DNA from: Syntrophorhabdaceae bacterium
Lineage (GTDB): Bacteria > Desulfobacterota > Syntrophorhabdia > Syntrophorhabdales > Syntrophorhabdaceae
Direction: 5' to 3'
Length of the DNA stretch: 64,000 bases
Assembly (NCBI GenBank): GCA_963665295.1
Contig: OY762209.1
Location: 5,280,001-5,344,000, forward strand
The notes beneath the pieces were generated by a model. That model was not told the DNA's origin. It saw nothing but the letters and a program-made list of their open reading frames with translations, and made no database searches. Shown piece after piece: positions 60,214-64,000 of this stretch. How positions within the stretch are numbered: position 1 is the stretch's first letter; each line of letters starts with the position of its first letter. The translations under genes were made by a program, and so were the position numbers.

Positions 60214-60867
60214 ATGACGACGAATGCAGAATCTGCTGAAGTGATGCGCGAGGAAATCCTCGCGGAAGCCCGGAGACAGGGCCGGGAAATTATCGAACGG
60301 GCCGTGAGGGATGCGGAAGCTGCCACGGCCCGTGCCGCCGCCGAAGCCGACGCGGTTCGCAAAGAACATGTCGACCGCGCCCGCGCTGAGGCAGCCCGTC
60401 AGAGGGAGATGATCCTCGCGACGATCACCGTGGAAACCGGCCGGCTCCAGGCGGAGCGTATCGAGACCCTGCTCGAATCGGTACGCCGTGATGTGCGCCG
60501 GCTGCTGCTGGCCCACGACGGTTTCGAATACAGGGAAACGGTAATTACCCTTGCCTCCCATGCCATACACCGGATGGCGGGCGAGACCATTGTGCTCCGC
60601 ATGTCGGAAACGGATCGCATCGCCCTGGGCAATGGATTCATCGAAGATATCGGGCATCGTGTAGGGCGGCCGGCCCTCTCCATTGCCGTTTCCTACGAGC
60701 CGGGCCTCGCGGATGACGGCGTGGTGGTGGAAGGCGCCGAGGCCCACCAGATGTGGGATAACCGCCTTACGAAAAGACTCGAGAGAATGTGGCCGGAGCT
60801 GAGGCGACACCTGGCCGTGCAGGCTTCGTTTGTCCCGAAACCGGAATCAGGAGAAGGTGGCCCATGA
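60214..60867 (+). CDS. V/A-type ATPase subunit E
   Basis: Helical N-terminus, GVVV...DN.L..RL; operon position. Confidence 0.8.
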   Translation: MTTNAESAEVMREEILAEARRQGREIIERAVRDAEAATARAAAEADAVRKEHVDRARAEAARQREMILATITVETGRLQAERIETLLESVRRDVRRLLLAHDGFEYRETVITLASHAIHRMAGETIVLRMSETDRIALGNGFIEDIGHRVGRPALSIAVSYEPGLADDGVVVEGAEAHQMWDNRLTKRLERMWPELRRHLAVQASFVPKPESGEGGP

Positions 60868-62651
60868 TCGCCGTTACGAAAGAGACCGAACCGGTAGTCA
60901 CCCGTATCAGCGGGCCCATTGTCACCGCCGTGGGGATGCAAGGGGCCGAGATGTATGAAGTGGTGCAAGTGGGGGACCTGGGCCTCGTGGGAGAGGTAGT
61001 GAGGCTGGTCGGTGACCATGCCACCATCCAGGTCTACGAGGACACTACCATGCTTTCTCCCGGGGCGCCGGTGCGATGCACGGGAGTCCCCTTGTCCGTG
61101 TGGCTCGGGCCGGGACTGATCGGTAATATTTACGACGGCATTCAACGTCCCTTGCCGGGAATCATGGCGCGTAGCGGCGCCTGGATACGCCGGGGCGAGA
61201 AGGTTGACTCCCTGGACACGGAGAAGCAGTGGACCTTTGAGCCCTCGGTCAAACTCGGTGAATCCGTGGTTGCCGGCCAGGCCATAGGTCAGGTTGCGGA
61301 GACCCCGCTGGTAATCCACAAGATCATGGCCCCGCCCGACGTCTCCGGCGTGGTGCAGTCCATAGTCGATAAGGGAGATTATGCGCTCCGCGACCCACTC
61401 GCCGTAATCGAGACTTCCACCGGTCCGCGGGAGGTCATAATGCTTCAGCAGTGGCCCGTGCGCGTGCCCCGTCCCATTTCCGAACGGATGCGGATTATAG
61501 AACCCCTGATCACGGGACAGCGCATCATAGATACCTTCTTCCCTATCGGCAAGGGCGGCGCAGCGGCCATACCCGGCGGGTTCGGCACAGGGAAGACGGT
61601 CACCCAGCACCAGCTCGCCAAGTGGTCCGATGCGTCAATCATTGTCTTCATCGGCTGCGGGGAGCGGGGGAATGAAATGACCGAGGTGCTCCGCGAGTTT
61701 CCCAAGCTTAAGGACCCGCGGTCCGGAAGGCCTCTCATGGAACGGACCATCCTCATCGCGAACACCTCCAACATGCCCGTGGCGGCTCGGGAAGTATCGA
61801 TCTACACGGGCATTACCCTCGCCGAATACTATCGGGATATGGGGCTCAGCGTGGCGGTCTTCGCCGACTCGACCAGCCGCTGGGCGGAGGCGCTGCGTGA
61901 ATTGGCGGCGCGGCTGGAAGAGATGCCCGCGGAAGAGGGCTTCCCCGCGTCTCTTCCCACGAGGCTTGCACAATTCTACGAGAGAGGCGGAGCGGTTACC
62001 ACCCTCGCAGGGGAGCCGGCTTCCGTGAGCATCGTGGGTGCGGTGAGCCCTCCCGGCGGAGATTTTTCCGAGCCCGTTACCCAACACACACGCCGTTTTG
62101 TCCGATGTTTCTGGGCCCTCGACACGGAACTGGCCAATGCCCGCCATTACCCTTCCATCCACTGGCTTCACTCCTATTCCGAATACGTGGAGGACGTGGC
62201 CGTCTGGTGGAAAAGACATGCCCCCGACTGGATCGAACTCAGGACCGAAGCCCTGACCCTCCTCCAGCGCGAGGACCGGCTCCAACAAATCGTGAAACTC
62301 GTGGGACCCGATGTCCTGCCCGACGGGCAGCGCCTGATCCTCTTCATCGCCGAGATTATGAAGGATGGTTTTCTGGCCCAGAGCGCCTCCGTTGAAAACG
62401 ACATGTATTGCACACCGGAAAGGCAGGTGACCCTTCTCAGGATCATCCTCACCCTGTACAGGAAAGGGCGGGATTTGATCCAGAACGGCGCCCCTCTCAC
62501 GCGTATCCGCGCCATGAACTGCGTGCCCCGGATACTTCGGGCAAAGGAGGCTTTCGGTAACGAAGACCTCGACAAACTGACGGAATTGGAACGGAAGGTC
62601 CTGGAGGAAATAGAAATGCTGTCGAAAGAATATCCCGGAAAGGTCGTGTGA
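60864..62651 (+). CDS. V/A-type ATPase subunit A (catalytic)
   Basis: GGFGTGKT P-loop, [25 protein letters not shown]. Confidence 0.96.
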   Translation: MIAVTKETEPVVTRISGPIVTAVGMQGAEMYEVVQVGDLGLVGEVVRLVGDHATIQVYEDTTMLSPGAPVRCTGVPLSVWLGPGLIGNIYDGIQRPLPGIMARSGAWIRRGEKVDSLDTEKQWTFEPSVKLGESVVAGQAIGQVAETPLVIHKIMAPPDVSGVVQSIVDKGDYALRDPLAVIETSTGPREVIMLQQWPVRVPRPISERMRIIEPLITGQRIIDTFFPIGKGGAAAIPGGFGTGKTVTQHQLAKWSDASIIVFIGCGERGNEMTEVLREFPKLKDPRSGRPLMERTILIANTSNMPVAAREVSIYTGITLAEYYRDMGLSVAVFADSTSRWAEALRELAARLEEMPAEEGFPASLPTRLAQFYERGGAVTTLAGEPASVSIVGAVSPPGGDFSEPVTQHTRRFVRCFWALDTELANARHYPSIHWLHSYSEYVEDVAVWWKRHAPDWIELRTEALTLLQREDRLQQIVKLVGPDVLPDGQRLILFIAEIMKDGFLAQSASVENDMYCTPERQVTLLRIILTLYRKGRDLIQNGAPLTRIRAMNCVPRILRAKEAFGNEDLDKLTELERKVLEEIEMLSKEYPGKVV

Positions 62652-62652
62652 T

Positions 62653-64000
62653 ATGGATATCGCGTACGAAACGGAAGACCGTGGACTGCAGTACATCGGC
62701 GCATCGCGCATCGAGGGGCCTCTGGTGGTGGTGGAACGGATCCGCAACGTGGGCTACGATGAAACCGTGGAGATCCTCGATTCCCTCGGTCGTCCCCGCC
62801 TTGGCCGCGTCCTCGATATTTCCGACACCCAGGCCGTCGTGCAGGTTCTTGAGGGCACCACGGGCCTGTCAAACCGGACCCTGCGCGCCCGCTTCCTGGG
62901 AGAGAGCTTTCGCCTCCCTGTTTCGCGCCATATGCTGGGGCGCGTCTTCGATGGCCTGGGCCGTCCTGCGGACGGTGGTCCGCCCCCGCTTTCCGCGGAA
63001 AGGCGCGACGTCAATGGAATGCCTATCAATCCATACGCGCGGCAATATCCGCGCGAATTCATCCAAACCGGTCTGTCCGCGATCGACGGGATGAACGCAT
63101 TGGTGCGCGGACAGAAATTGCCGGTCTTCTCCGGCAACGGCCTACCTCATGACAGGGTTTCCGCCCAGATCGTGAGGCAGGCACGTCTTCTCGAAGAGGA
63201 GGTCGAATTTTCCATCGTCTTCGCCGCCATGGGCGTGAAGCACGACGTGGCCGAATTCTTCATCCGCAACTTCCGCGACTCCGGCGCCCTCGCCCGGGCC
63301 ATCATGTTCTTCTCCCTCGCCGATGCGCCGAGCGTGGAGCGGCTCCTCACCCCGCGGGCCGCACTCACCATAGCGGAGCACCTTGCCTTTGACTGCGGGC
63401 AACACGTGCTCGTTCTCCTCACGGATATGACAAACTACTGCGAGAGCCTGCGGGAAGTCGGTACGGCCCGCGGGGAAATCCCGGGCCGCAAAGGCTATCC
63501 CGGTTACCTCTACTCCGATCTCGCGGGCATCTACGAGCGCGCCGGCCGTATCGAGGGTTCCTCCGGCTCCATTACACAGATGGCCATCCTCACCATGCCC
63601 GCGGACGACATCAGCCACCCCGTCCCGGACCTCACGGGGTACATCACGGAAGGACAGATCGTGCTTGACCGCGATCTCTTCCAACGCGGCGTGTACCCAC
63701 CTATCGCCGGACTGCCGAGCCTGTCACGCCTTATGAAAGACGGCGTGGGCAAAGGCTACACGCGGGAAGACCATCCGGCCCTTGCAAGCCAGTTGTTCGC
63801 GTGTTACGCCTATGTCAAGCGGGTGCGGGGACTGGCCGACGTCATCGGCGAGGAGGAATTGAGCCCCCTGGACAAGCTGTATCTCAAGTTCGGCGAAGCA
63901 TTTGAGACGCGTTACCTCAACCAGGGAGAATATGAGAACCGGTCCATTGAAGAAACACTCGAACTCGGCTGGGATGTGCTGTCCGTGCTGCCCCAGGATG
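62653..64000 (+). CDS. V/A-type ATPase subunit B (3'-truncated by window)
   Basis: Frame from ATG 62653: [61 protein letters not shown]; absent from the ORF track because no stop is reached. Confidence 0.93.
   Translation, partial: MDIAYETEDRGLQYIGASRIEGPLVVVERIRNVGYDETVEILDSLGRPRLGRVLDISDTQAVVQVLEGTTGLSNRTLRARFLGESFRLPVSRHMLGRVFDGLGRPADGGPPPLSAERRDVNGMPINPYARQYPREFIQTGLSAIDGMNALVRGQKLPVFSGNGLPHDRVSAQIVRQARLLEEEVEFSIVFAAMGVKHDVAEFFIRNFRDSGALARAIMFFSLADAPSVERLLTPRAALTIAEHLAFDCGQHVLVLLTDMTNYCESLREVGTARGEIPGRKGYPGYLYSDLAGIYERAGRIEGSSGSITQMAILTMPADDISHPVPDLTGYITEGQIVLDRDLFQRGVYPPIAGLPSLSRLMKDGVGKGYTREDHPALASQLFACYAYVKRVRGLADVIGEEELSPLDKLYLKFGEAFETRYLNQGEYENRSIEETLELGWDVLSVLPQD

Overview
Bacterial chromosomal segment of roughly 55% GC. 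The gene content (IorAB, selenocysteine formate dehydrogenase, hydantoinase/oxoprolinase pair, many PAS sensors, V/A-type ATPase) suggests an anaerobic, probably syntrophic deltaproteobacterium, possibly Syntrophorhabdus-like; this is inference only. From 1 to 44.8 kb: M20 peptidase, iorAB, M16 peptidase, DegT aminotransferase, tRNA-fMet, a Tat-signal TPP enzyme, an IS256 relic, secreted proteins, two PAS regulators, an OYE-hydantoinase A/B-thiolase cluster, Sec-FDH with fmdE/fdhD, a FecR-OmpA-CHASE2/HD-GYP module, class II aldolase, a cold-shock protein and a BT1/MFS transporter. From 55.2 to 64 kb: a cytidylate-kinase-like gene and a V/A-type ATPase operon (H, C, I, K, F, E, A, B partial). 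The most notable region is the AT-rich 44.9-55.0 kb block. Two different cargo-carrying IS1-family elements of about 3.3 kb sit head-to-tail at one site, delimited by three copies of the same 8-bp duplication AAAGACTT, which overlaps the TTGACA -35 box of the downstream operon. Both have the same layout (TIR, small basic protein, cargo, transposase, cargo, TIR) and apparently leaderless promoters, but entirely different toxin/defence-like cargo: P63C, a fully overlapping sense/antisense ORF pair, a peptide plus ClpP-fold protease, and a Panacea antitoxin plus toxin. The toxin is split by an IS3-family element that itself contains an IS1634.
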